Source: Eledone cirrhosa (Eukaryota). Taken from it: a stretch of 64,000 bases of DNA. The DNA is taken from assembly GCA_964016885.1 (NCBI GenBank), contig OZ024741.1, positions 318,060,001-318,124,000 of the forward strand, read 5' to 3'. The notes beneath the pieces were generated by a model. That model made no database searches. It was not told the origin of the DNA and saw nothing but the letters and a program-made list of their open reading frames with translations. Below, one piece after another: positions 51,870-64,000 of this stretch; within the stretch, counting starts at the first letter, position 1, and each line of letters begins with the position of its first letter. The position numbers were made by a program, and so were the translations under genes.

Positions 51870-52076
51870 CCCTTTAGCATTTAAACAAGCCGTATCCGGT
51901 CAGAATTTTCTCATCTCTTTCTGTTCAAACCGGCTGTAATCAGCCACTCATACTGATGTTTAGGTATTTTTTCAAAATAAATAATACCAAAATCTCATAG
52001 ATTCGATATTATGTTAGGTAAAGACTTTAGTGTGAAAATATAATAGTAAATATAGAGTAATGTAAATGCTAAAGGG
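51870..52076. mobile_element. piggyBac-type MITE
   Basis: TTAA-CCCTTTAGCATTTA ... TAAATGCTAAAGGG-TTAA; second partial copy at ~48686-48881. Confidence 0.88.
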
Positions 52077-52388
52077 TTAAGGCGAATAAATGAGTCTTGT
52101 TACTCTGAGTTTTACCTCTTTATCACAAGGTCATCATCATCATCATTTTTACGTCCGCTTTTCCCTGCTTGCAAGGGTCGGATGGGAACTGATTCTGGCT
52201 TGATTTCTACAGTTGGATGCCCTTCCTAACACCAACCTCATTTACAGTGAGTGCTGGGTGCTTTTTTTGCCGTGGCACCTACAGGACCACTTCACAGTGG
52301 AATGATAAGGACACCAGTCCTATCATCTCATTTCTACAGCTGAGTAAACTGGAGCAATGTGAAATAAATATATATACGACCATTACAG

Positions 52389-52446
<58 letters not shown>

Positions 52447-52675
52447 ATACACATGTACACACACACATATATATATATATATATATGCCACCATTTCAAC
52501 TATATACATATTGAAAACACGTGTGTTTTTTCTCAAAAAATGTTCTTCCTTTCCTCACTCTCGGTCTTTCTATGTCATCTTTTATTTTTTATTCTATCTT
52601 TTGATGAAGAACAAGTATCTGAAACGTTAAAACTCTTTTCCTACTATTTCAAGCATTAAACTAATATATATATAT

Positions 52676-53066
52676 GGAGGCACATGGCTTAGTGGTTAGA
52701 GCATTGGCTTTGCAATCGAAAGGTTGTGAGTTCAATTCTCAGACCGGGTGATGTGTTGTTTCCTTGAGCAAGACACTTTATTTCACATTGCTCCAGTTTA
52801 CTCAGCTGTAGAAATGAGATGATAGGATTGAGGTCCCTATCATTCCACTGTAAAGTGGATGTGTAGGTGCCACGGCAAAAAAGCACCCAGCCCACACTGT
52901 AAAGTGGATGTGTAGGTCCCACGGAAAAAAAAGCACCCAGCACTCACTGTAAATGAGGTTGGTGTTAGGAAGGGCATTCAGCTGTAGAAATCGAGCCAGA
53001 ATCAGTTCCCGTCCCACCCTTGCAAGCAAGGAAAAGCGGAAGTAAAATGATGATGATGATGATGAT
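52676..53066 (+). mobile_element. tRNA-derived CORE-type SINE with RTE-like 3' tail; other copies at 2790-3130(-), 1187-1505(+), 52130-52365(-)
   Basis: A box TGGCTTAGTGG, B box GAGTTCAATTC, CORE-like CCTTGAGCAAGACACTTTATTTCAC; 3' GTTAGGAAGGGCAT.CAGCTGTAGAAA...(GAT)n shared with the RTE LINE. Confidence 0.88.
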
Positions 53067-53109
53067 TTCTTCACAGTTCTGTGTTGTTTGCTTTGTTATT
53101 TCTGTTCAC

Positions 53110-53415
53110 TTTTTGCATACGACAACGAGTGTTCCAGTTGGAATCAATGGAACAGCCTACTTGTGAACTTAACCTGCAAGTGGCTGAGCATTCTACAGAC
53201 ATGAATACCTTTAATGTAATTCTCAGGGAGATTCCGCATGACACAGAATGTGACAAGGCTGGCCCTTCGAATTACAGGTACAACTCATCTTTGTCAGCTG
53301 AGTGGATTGGACCAATGTGAAATAAAGTGTCTTGTTCAAGAACACAAGCTGCTGGGAATCGAACTCATGACCTTACGATTGTGAGCTGAATACTCTAATC
53401 CCAAAGCCACATGCC
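53110..53415 (-). mobile_element. tRNA-derived SINE (other family); related copies at ~44340-44610(+), 44770-45075(-), 14940-15200(+), 17900-18150(-)
   Basis: Reverse-strand A/B boxes (GTTCGATTCCC) followed by CORE-like TTGAACAAGACACTTTATTTCAC. Confidence 0.7.
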
Positions 53416-53658
53416 TTCACACACACACATGCTTACGCACGTGCACAAGTATAGCTCTTTTTATAAAACGTTTTTTTTTCCATTTCAGGTAGACGCGCTC
53501 CATCATCCACTTTTAAAAAAAATAAATCGTACACAAAACGCCAGCACCCACAGTTTTTTAAGAGATGTCAACATTAATGGACCTGTTATTTTTATCTAAA
53601 GACATTTTTTCCAATTTCAACCCGCCTGTCCCCTCAATCTATCTTATTTCTCATTCTT

Positions 53659-53700
53659 TCTTCTGACGAAGGACTAACGTCCGAAACGTTATATCAAGAG
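53659..53700 (+). ncRNA. Minimal hammerhead motif (Penelope-type)
   Basis: CTGACGA-A-GGAC-TAAC-GTCC-GAAA-CGTT; stem I is weak (TCTT/AAGA with an insertion). Confidence 0.65.
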
Positions 53701-53761
53701 TTAGCCTAATATATACCTTCCATATATTGTACCGATTGTGTAGTTATTTCTGTTTACCTTT

Positions 53762-53824
<63 letters not shown>

Positions 53825-54049
53825 GCACACATATTTGTATATATATTTGAATTTGGGATGGTCTAAAGTAACTGTCTTTCGTTTATTATTATTGGCAGTA
53901 TGGGTGGAGGGTCGAACGCCATGCTTTGCAGCAAAGAGTTATGGCTCTTTATGGTCTGAGTTCAAATCCCGCCAAGGTTAACTTTGCCTTTCATCCCAGT
54001 AATACACTGGGATAATTGCTGGCCTTGTGCCAAATGTAGAAACAATTAT

Positions 54050-54217
54050 TGTTATATATAGATACAGATATATATATATATACATATGTACATATATATA
54101 TGTATATATGATATATATATATATATATGATATATATATATATATATATCATATATATATATATATATATATATCATATATATATATATATATATATGAT
54201 ATATATATATGTATATA

Positions 54218-54256
<39 letters not shown>

Positions 54257-54332
54257 ATATATATATATATATATATGATATATATATATATATATATATA
54301 TATGATAATATATATATATATATATATATATG

Positions 54333-54370
<38 letters not shown>

Positions 54371-54578
54371 AATATATATATATATGATAATTGCTGGCCT
54401 TGTGCCAAATGTAGAAACAATTATTGTTATATATAGATACAGATATATATATATATACATATGTACATATATATATATATGTATATATGATATATATATA
54501 TATGATATATATATATATATCATATATATATATATATATATATATATCATATATATATGATATATATATATGTATATA

Positions 54579-54617
<39 letters not shown>

Positions 54618-54755
54618 ATATATATATATATATATGATATATATATATATATATATGATATATATATATATATATATGATATATATATATGATATATATA
54701 TATATATATATATATGATATATATATATATATATATGATATATATATATCTATAT
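54050..54755. repeat. Degenerate (TA)n array with a tandem duplication of the SINE tail plus flank (54010-54100 repeated at 54386-54480)
   Basis: Direct inspection; similar long TA arrays at 55366-55560, 55813-55950, 56440-56615, 58256-58636, 60107-60600. Confidence 0.93.
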
Positions 54756-55364
54756 GGTGGCTGCCAACTCGTTTTCGAGTACGGCCACTACTTTATATCC
54801 ATGTAGGAGAACCCCTACCAATGCGCTGAACGAATGTGACTTTTTAGTCCAGCCAGCGACTTGAAAACTCTGGTACAAACACTACACTTGTGACAATTAT
54901 TGACACATAGTGCTGGGCCCATGGTACCATGTGACGACAAGTGCAGAGAGATCTCCAGATATAAAGCAATGCCTGTGCTGTGAAGCTTTTATAGTGAGCA
55001 AAGGCACTGCACAAAGCCAGTCCCTCTCTCTTAACCAAGATGATATTTACCAAAAAGAAGAACAATTCAACATCATTGGATACCATCAGGGTTGCAGGTG
55101 TTATATCAGAGTTTTCCTTCTCCTAGAATTCTGCCTTGACAAAGGCTAAGGGGTCATCTCTCCCGGTGATTTTGGATGGCTATTGACTCTTAAGAGCCCC
55201 TTTGCCTTTTGACAGGTTTTTGTTTTTAGTCCTGCAGGATGTCCAAAGCCACCCTCCTGACCAAGAAACCTTGGTGGGGTTGCCAGTTTAGTTGCCAACG
55301 ACCCGACCATGAGACAGGTTGTACTGGGATACATGTTACCAGTAGCACCAACTGGTGACCTGAC
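54756..55364 (-). mobile_element. Non-autonomous RTE-derived element, full-length-like copy
   Basis: Reverse complement of 49864-50470, embedded in TA-rich arrays. Confidence 0.9.
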
Positions 55365-55404
<40 letters not shown>

Positions 55405-55483
55405 ATATATATATATGATATATATATATATATGATATTTATATATATATGATATATATATATATATATGATATATATATATA

Positions 55484-55560
<77 letters not shown>

Positions 55561-55764
55561 TTAGAAAGTGAGGCTTTTTTTACAAAATGAAATATAACCG
55601 AGGTGTCCTACACGAGTGAAAGTATAAAGAAAAAAAGATATCAACTCTACTTTTGAAAAGCAGAAGAACTGCGAAACCGGTAAAGGAACCAAATAAATAT
55701 ATATATATTTTTAAAAATAAGACTCCAGTTGCATTTTCGATTTCATCTTTCTCTCTCTCTCTCT

Positions 55765-55854
<90 letters not shown>

Positions 55855-55858
55855 ATAT

Positions 55859-55926
<68 letters not shown>

Positions 55927-56017
55927 TATATGTATATATATATATAATATATAAATGAAGTAATTCCGTCGGAAAGGTTCAGGAAAAAAGAGTGCTCTAT
56001 GTAGGTTACAGAGCTTA

Positions 56018-56239
56018 ATAGTTATGTAATAAACAACATAAGGCAATTATTTCATTTACCAGTGGTTTCTTGAAAGCAAACAAATTTTGCTTTCAATCAT
56101 CAGAATGAAAAAATCTTGGTGTATGTCAATAAATACACCAGGATTTTTTCATTCTGATGATTGAAAGCAAAATTTGTTTGCTTTCAAGAAACCACTGGTA
56201 AATGAAATAATTGCCTTATGTTGTTCATTACATAACTAT
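56018..56239. repeat. Near-perfect palindrome containing a hammerhead motif in each arm
   Basis: ~105 bp arms with a loop near 56124-56133. Confidence 0.93.
56147..56207 (+). ncRNA. Type I hammerhead ribozyme (Penelope-type); mirror copy on - at ~56050-56110
   Basis: Stem I TTTCATT/AATGAAA, CTGATGA, 11-bp stem II TTGAAAGCAAA/TTTGCTTTCAA, GAAA, short stem III ACC-ACT-GGT, GUA cleavage triplet. Confidence 0.85.
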
Positions 56240-56522
56240 ATAATATATATATAATTGTTTCTACTTTAGGCACAACGCCAGCAATTACCCAGTGCATTAC
56301 TGGTACTTTATTTTATCGACCCCGTAAGGATGAAAGGCAAAGTTAACCTCGGTGGGATTTGAACTCAGAATGTAAAGGGACGTAACTATGTTAGAAAGCA
56401 TGGCGTCCGACCCTCTACCAATACTGCCAATTCACCGCCTATATGTATATATATAATATAATATATATATATATATATATAATATATAATATATATATAT
56501 ATATATAATATATAATATATAT

Positions 56523-56579
<57 letters not shown>

Positions 56580-56617
56580 ATATATATATAATATATAATA
56601 TATATCTATCTATCTAT

Positions 56618-58255
56618 CTAAGGCGGGTAAAATTCCCGAGATCCATGGACGAGTTCTCTCCAGCGGTCTCTGTCCCTCATTATCGCTGCCATATCCTGAA
56701 TCTCCAACAGACCAGTGTCTGTCCTTAGGGCATCAACATATGTTAACCTTGGTCTTCCTCTTCTAGTGTGTCCATGTAGGGGCTCCCAAAGGAGCACTGA
56801 GTGCAATGTCAACTCTGGATGTCGGTGAGCATGTCCAGCCAACCTCAGTCTTCTCTGTGTCACTTTTGAGCTGACTTTTGGGATGCTCCCATACAGCTCT
56901 GAGTTTTTCATCCTCAGTGTATACTGATTAATGTTCAGAGCCATCCTCAGCATTCTCGTGTAGCACCCATCCACCATCTGAGTGAGTCTCTTGGTCAGTG
57001 TCCAAGTCTCAGACCCATACAGCAGCACAGACTCCACTACAGCAATGAAGAGGCGGATTTTCAGGTCTCTACGAAGGTCCGACTTCCACACCGACCTCAA
57101 GCTGTGACACGCCGCCCAGGCCTTGCTCTTCCTCTCAACCACATCATCCTCCGTATTCCCAATCTTTGCTCCCAAATACAGGAAGTCCTCAACCAATTCC
57201 AGCGGCTTCCCGCCTACATTAGTGATCCCCTCTGGCTTCTCAACATTCTCTACCAGATATTTTGTTTTAGTCTCATTCATTCACAGCCCCACACTCATCG
57301 ACACAGTCTCAACCTCCCGCATCAAATCCTCCGCCTCCTTCACTGTATTTGTCACCAAAACTATGTCGTCGGCAAATTCAGCATCCGATACCTTTTTCGC
57401 CCCAACTCTCCTGCTCTGAGCCTGTGCTACAGTAAAGCCAGAGTCCTGGTGTTTCTCCAGTGCAAGGCGCATACAATAGTCCACTATGATGATAAAAAGG
57501 TAGGGAGCCAATGTATCTCCCTGGAGCACTCCAGCCAGTATCTCAAAGAACTCTGTCATCCCATCAGGTGTAATGACTTGGGCTTTGGTGTTGGTGTAGA
57601 GCAGTGATATCAGGTCCACTATCCTCTTGGGGATTCCATAAGCCTGTAAGATCTTCATCAGGCAGTAACGGTCCACAGAATCAAAGGCCTTCCTAAAGTC
57701 AATGAAAACCATGACCGCAGGAAGGCACTTTGCTCTAGCTCCCTCTAATATCCTCCTCAGCATCAGGATGTGACTGGTGGTTGATCTACCCTCTCTGAAG
57801 CCGTTCTGGTTGTCCCTGAGCTTCTTCTCCATCTCAGGCTGGATCCTGTTAAGAATCATCCTGTTGAGGGTCTTTGCCACAAGTGACGTCAGTAAGATCC
57901 CCCGGTAGTTGTTGGTGTTAGAGAGATCTCCCTTCTTTGGCACTGGGACGATGTTACTGATCCTCCACTGATTCGGGGCAACTCCTTTCTCCAGTGCCCC
58001 GTTACAGAACCCCAGGATGATATCATCAAAATCACACCACTTCATCACCTCTGATGCCACTCCATCCTCTCCATGAGCCTTGCCCTCCTTGATCTTCTTC
58101 TTGGCTCTCTGAAGCTCCTCTCTGGTGAAGGGCTCTGTCTCAACATCCAGTTCCTCAAACAGCCGCCTGATCTCCCCAGTGCTCTGGGCTGTGGAGGGTG
58201 GCTCTCCTAGTAGGGTCCTAAAATGGTCTAGCCATTTCCTCTTCCTATCCTCGGA
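56618..58255 (-). mobile_element. RTE-group LINE (distinct family, RTE-X-like), 5'-truncated
   Basis: NQNGFREGRST, FIDFRKAFDSV, GVLQGDTLAPYLF, FADDI, LLYGSETW, LRLAGH. One frame with a single in-frame TGA at 57281-57283; stop codon runs directly into (TAGA)n. Confidence 0.9.
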
Positions 58256-58730
58256 ATATATATATATATAATATATATATATTATATATATATATATATT
58301 ATATATAATATATAATATATATATATATAAAATATAATATATAATATATATAATATATATATAATATATAATATATATATATAATATATATATATAATAT
58401 ATATATATAATATATAATATATATATAATATATAATATATATATATATATAATATATAATATATATATATAATATATAATATATATATATATAATATATA
58501 ATATATATATATATATAATATATAATATATATATATATATATATAATATATATATATAATATATAATATATATATATAATATATAATATATATATATATA
58601 ATATAATATATATATATATATATATATAATATATATAATTGTTTCTACTTTTGGCACAAGGCCAGCAATTACCCAGTGCATTACTGGTACTTTGTTTTAA
58701 TATATATATATAATATATATAATATAAAAT

Positions 58731-60106
58731 ATCATCATCATCATCATCATCAACGTTTAACGTCCGTGTTCCACGCTTGCATGGGTTTGGACGGGGGTAG
58801 TCCCACTTGAGGCAAGAGTGATTGTCTTGCTCGCATAGGACTGTCTGGCAGGTTTTCTACAGTTGGATGCCCTTCCTAACACCAACCACATTTACAGTGT
58901 GGGTCTGGGAGGTTTTTACCGTGTTGCCTACACGGCCACATTACAGCGTGGACTGTGTGTTTTTTTGTCGTGACACCTACACGATCTCATTTGTTTCGGC
59001 CCGGATGGCGCGGCACCAACATAACTTTACATAGGACGGGGTGGTGTGGATGGGGTGGGGGTGGTGGTGGTGGGACGGGGTGTATTTTGTTAGAGATGCC
59101 TACTGGCAAGGCGGGTCTTCTCTGTTACTGAGTACCGCCAAAGGTCTCGGTCCAGTGACATTGTCTTGGAGAGGTGTAAGTGTGTGAGGTCGGAGTTTAT
59201 CAGCTCGTCCCAGGTTTTTCTAGGTCTGCCTATTCCGTGGCTACCGTCTATCTTTATTGCCCTGCACTTTGTTATACAGCTATCGACTTTCATGCGCATC
59301 ACGTGTCCATACCAACGTAGCCTTCTCTCGAGTAAACAACATCTGATCCCTCTTATCTCTAATTTTTTCCTTAGTTCGTTTATGCTTTGCCGTTCACGTA
59401 TATTACTGTTACACATCCAGCGGAGCATGCAAGCTTCGTTCCTCTCTAGTCTGCGTATATCCTCTGCACACAATGCCCAGGTCTCACTGCCATGCAACAT
59501 TGCTGTTCGTATGCAGGCATCGTACAACCTGCCTTTCATTTTTAGGGAGAACCCTTTAGCAGCTAATAGTGGTATAAGCTCTCTGAACTTTTTCCAACCA
59601 GTTCTGACTCTAGCTACAGTACTTTCAGAGCACCCTCCCCCACTGCTGATTTTATCGCCCAGGTAACGGAAGCTGTCCACTATTTCTATAGAACCCTCTG
59701 CGCAATTGAAAGAGCTAGTATTGTGTGGGCACTTGCTGCTACTTATTGCACCAGAACACCGGCCACATGTAAAATCTATGTTCTTAGTTAGCTTACCTGT
59801 GATCCCACTACATCTTTTATGCACCCATACTTTGCATTTAGGACACAAAATGGAGTTTCTACCTACGCCTTTCCTACACACCGAGCACGACCATTTCCCA
59901 GAAGGGACCGCCGCCTTGTTTTCTTTCCTACAAACTAGAACTTTGGTCTTAGCCAGGTTAATTTTAAGTCCTTTTGACTCTAGGCCGTGCTTCCATGTTT
60001 GGAATTTCTTCTCTAGCTCGGCCATTGATTCCGCTATGAGTGTCAGGTCGTCTGCGTATAGGAGTTCCCATGGGCAGCCTGTCTTGAACTCCTCTGTTAT
60101 AGCCTG
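58731..60106 (-). mobile_element. RTE-clade LINE 3' fragment, young subfamily
   Basis: 311-aa open ORF directly after PWELLYADDLTL; PHD insert; (GAT)n tail. Confidence 0.94.
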
Positions 60107-60184
60107 AATATATATATATATATAATATATATATATATAATATATATATATATATATAATATATATATATATAATATGTAATAT

Positions 60185-60216
<32 letters not shown>

Positions 60217-60472
60217 ATATATAATATATAATATGTAATATATATATATATATATAATATATATAATATATATAATATATAAAATATATATAATATATAA
60301 TATATACATATATATATAATATATATATATATATATAATATATTATATATATATATATAATATATATAATATATATATATATATAATATATATAATATAT
60401 ATAATATATATATATATATATATAATATATATAATATATATAATATATATATATATATATTTAATATATATA

Positions 60473-60504
<32 letters not shown>

Positions 60505-60558
60505 ATATATAAATATATATATATATATAATATATATATATATATATAATATATACAT

Positions 60559-60602
<44 letters not shown>

Positions 60603-60798
60603 CATGTGCGTGTATGTAAAGCTGTGTTCAAGCATTGGTTCAGTAACACTGTAAGGGTCTTACCAATAGATATTTAATGAAAAATTTTCTCTTCTTGGAT
60701 ATTTTTTACCTTTAAAAGTCACACATATAAAACCGTTTCATTAATTGTAAGTGATCATGCTGAGATCCAATTTGGAAATTTATTGGCTGCAGTTAAAG

Positions 60799-61030
60799 AA
60801 CAACAACAACAACAGTAACAGCAACAATAATAGCAGCAACAACAACAGCAGTAGCAGTAGCAGCAACAACAGCAGCAACTGCAGTAGCAGCAAGAGGAAC
60901 AACAACACCATCCCATACACCACCAGCAACAACATTATCATCACCACCACTGCCACCAACACCACCACCACCAACAACATCAACATCAAACCCACTACCA
61001 CCATCAACAAAAACAGCAGCAGCAATAACC
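60799..61030. repeat. (CAA/CAG/CAC)n compound microsatellite
   Basis: Direct inspection. Confidence 0.93.
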
Positions 61031-61399
61031 AATTTTCAATTTAAACTTATTCATTCAACCATTCAATTCTACATACATATATACATACATCATTTGTAAA
61101 CACATGGCTGATTATCTTATATATACCCTGTCGTATATATGATGAGAAATGTTTCTTTTATTCATTCAGAGTAGAATACGTTTTTTTATTTACACATTAA
61201 TATAAGCAATATCTTATGATGAATATGCTGGAAATATGTTGAAAATATGTTGGAATAGTCCTTGGAACATTGCATTTCTATGATAAACTGTTATATTGAA
61301 GAAGATGGTGTGTTTTATGTATAAAAAGATTTGTAAAACCAGTTAAACATTAACTGAATAAGCATTCAATTCATATGAGAAGAGTAGAGCTTTTATTTT

Positions 61400-61845
61400 T
61401 TGAAGAAATATGTGGCTATCTTCAATTCAGTATTTATGCCAACCCTTACCTATGGTCATGAATCTTGGATAATGACCGAAGGAATATGATTGCGAATACA
61501 AGCAGTCGAAATGGGGTTCCTTTGAAAGGTCTTTGGAGTAATGTTAATCAACAGAATGCATAGCTCAGAGATCAGAGAGTTGCTTCAGGCTGAGCATTAC
61601 TTCTCTGAATTGAAAGATTATGGTTAAGATTTTATGAGCAAAAACCAACTGACAGGAGACCCAGGGGTAGATCCCAAGCAAAATAGTTGGATAGCATTCA
61701 TGAGCTTGACTGGTCTTGCTTGAGGATCCAGCCAGATCAATTGGAGATGGTTGCTTCTGACAGGACCTGCTAGAAGGAGTGTTTGAGGACTCTGTCCCCT
61801 CGACCTTCCCAGGAATAAAGAGGAGAAAAAGAAGATGAAGATATG
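61400..61845 (+). mobile_element. Degenerate RTE 3' fragment
   Basis: SVFMPTLTYGHESW...RIQAVEMGFL...SSEIRELL; GAA-rich tail. Confidence 0.75.
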
Positions 61846-63064
61846 TGGCAGTGACTGCAGTTTGAACAAACTAATAAAAGTTCTAACTTAGAAGTCATTG
61901 AACTCAATTTTTTCAAAATCATATATATATATATATATAATCAAAACCGTAGCGGTATGTCGCATATCAAATCTTATATTTTGTCTTATGAAAACGTACT
62001 TAAACACCATTGTACCATTGAAATATGTATAATAAAATATATATTGTGATTATAAGAATATGTTTCATTTATTAGTATTTTGAATAATATATACATACGT
62101 ATTTATGGTGGTGTTTTCTGTAAAAGCACACAGAACTAGTCAAACATTAACTGAGTAAGTTAACAATACATATATGCAATGGCTAAGTTTTATTTTTCAA
62201 AGAAATATAATCAGTTATAATGAAGAGGTATTTTATATAAAACCATACATAGAACTAATCAAAATGAATGAACACTCAAAGCATGTGTTCAGATAAACTG
62301 TTATATAAACGGAGTTCTGTAAGATGAGATGACATGACACGAAGGTTAACATGTTTGATTCACGACAATCTATTTCCAAGTTCAATCCCATCCTTCTCTG
62401 ATGCACATCTCATTCTTGATCAATGACATAAGCAGTAGTGAGAAATCAGGAAAACCTATGGGTGAATGGTGAGTGAAGCCCTTTGTGATGTTTGTTCTGC
62501 CTTGAGTTACACTCATGCTTCAGCTTTGAATAAATAAATAAATTCTACTATATGTATTGAGTATACCCCCCTCCCCTATTCCTATCACTATTCCCTCACT
62601 TCACACTCATACTAATAATCCTCCTGCTTTCAATTCTTGGCCAATATACTCCTTCTAATCTTATGCTTAATCACATGAACCCTGAAAGATCAGAAACTAC
62701 ATAGTGCTCTGAAAACTCTTTATCTTTGCAGTATAGAAGACAATCTCTCTAATAGGCAGATAAATATATTTATTCTGTTTGGAATAGTGTTAAAGCTTTT
62801 GTTATGAGTTTTTTCTGCAACAAAATATTTTGGTGATATTTGGTGAATAACATACTTCATATGACCTTTAAAGTCTAATGTTATTATAAAAATATTCTAG
62901 AAACAGCTATGGGAATACTATCTATAAAGAAATAATATTTAGAAATTTATATTTCATTGGCTGTTTTTGTTTCTTTGACAAAGCAGAGAACTTGCTGGAA
63001 AGTTTTACTCTCTTAGTTACTTAAATGAGAAGAACCATATTAAGCCTTTGTCACTATATTTTTC

Positions 63065-63808
63065 ATGATATACATTGTATCTCATGATATATTTAATGAT
63101 ATACACCATATCTAATGATATATACCATATCTAATAATATATACCATATCTAATGATATATACCATATCTAATGATATACACCATATCTAATGATATATA
63201 CCATATCTAATGATATACACCATATCTAATGATATATACCATATCTAATGATATATACCATATCTAATGATATACACAGTATCTAATGATATATACCATA
63301 TCTAATGATATACACCATATCTAATGATATATACCATATCTAATGATATATACCATATCTAATGATATACACAGTATCTAATGATATATACCATATCTAA
63401 GGATATACACCATATCTAATGATATACACAGTATCTAATGATATACACCATATCTAATGATATACACAGTATCTAATTATATATACAATATCTAATGATA
63501 TATACCATATCTAATGATATATACACAGTATCTAATGATATATGCTATATCTAATGATATGCACCATATGTAATGATATACTCAGTATCTAATGATATAC
63601 ACAGTATCTAATGATATACACCATATCTAATGATATATACCATATCTAATGATATACACAGTATCTAATGATATACACAGTATCTAATGATATACACAGT
63701 ATCTAATGATATACACCATATCTAATCATATATATCATATCTAATGATATATACAGTATCTAATGATATGTACCATATGTAATGATATATACAGTATCTA
63801 ATGATACA
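63065..63808. repeat. 19-bp minisatellite
   Basis: Variants ATCTAATGATATATACCAT / ATCTAATGATATACACCAT / ATCTAATGATATACACAGT. Confidence 0.95.
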
Positions 63809-64000
63809 CACTGGCCTGTCCCTCATAATGGTGCCACCCAGTTCCACACTGTAGATGTGGTTGGTGTTAGGAAGGGCATCCAGCCATAAAATACCCGGCC
63901 AAATTTACTTCAGTCCAGCTGGAGCAAGGTGTCGCATGGCCAACTCTGGCCTGGCTTGTCTCCCAACTTGGACGACCCGTCTAACCCATACAATCATGGA

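Noticed and set aside
52676-52750. tRNA-like sequences at SINE heads (also 14940, 14148)
   Set aside because: No complete cloverleaf or T-run terminator; they continue into SINE bodies.
60710-60786. Exon-like segment on - with good acceptor and donor
   Set aside because: Stops in all three frames; it could only be a UTR exon and there is no support for that.
63065-63808. Regular repeats (also 24166-24400 and 46590-47100) as a CRISPR-like array or repeat protein
   Set aside because: Head-to-tail tandem units without unique spacers, in a eukaryotic context with no cas genes; the ORFs are open only because of the periodicity.

Overview
AT-rich, microsatellite-dense eukaryotic DNA. The repeat repertoire resembles an octopus/coleoid cephalopod genome, but that is an inference. 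The only host gene I can support is on the minus strand: ten GT-AG exons between 30743 and 3981 that splice in phase into ~410 aa of the N-terminal/middle region of an M13 (neprilysin/ECE-like) metallopeptidase. Its N-terminus and the HEXXH catalytic exons were not found in the window. The rest is intronic/intergenic repeat: truncated non-LTR retrotransposons (RTE with an internal PHD finger, a second RTE-group family, BovB-like RTE, Tx1/L1, R4/Dong), two tRNA-derived SINE families, mariner- and piggyBac-type MITEs, foldbacks, and mini/microsatellites. Most ORF-track entries are microsatellite artefacts. The most unusual signals are RNA-level. (1) Several Penelope-type minimal type I hammerhead ribozymes, some in near-perfect palindromes and two with a compensatory U3-A8 core. 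(2) A non-autonomous bipartite RTE element with a possible HDV-like ribozyme head. (3) A U6 snRNA-RTE tail chimera. (4) A ~1.5 kb inverted duplication bracketing one exon.
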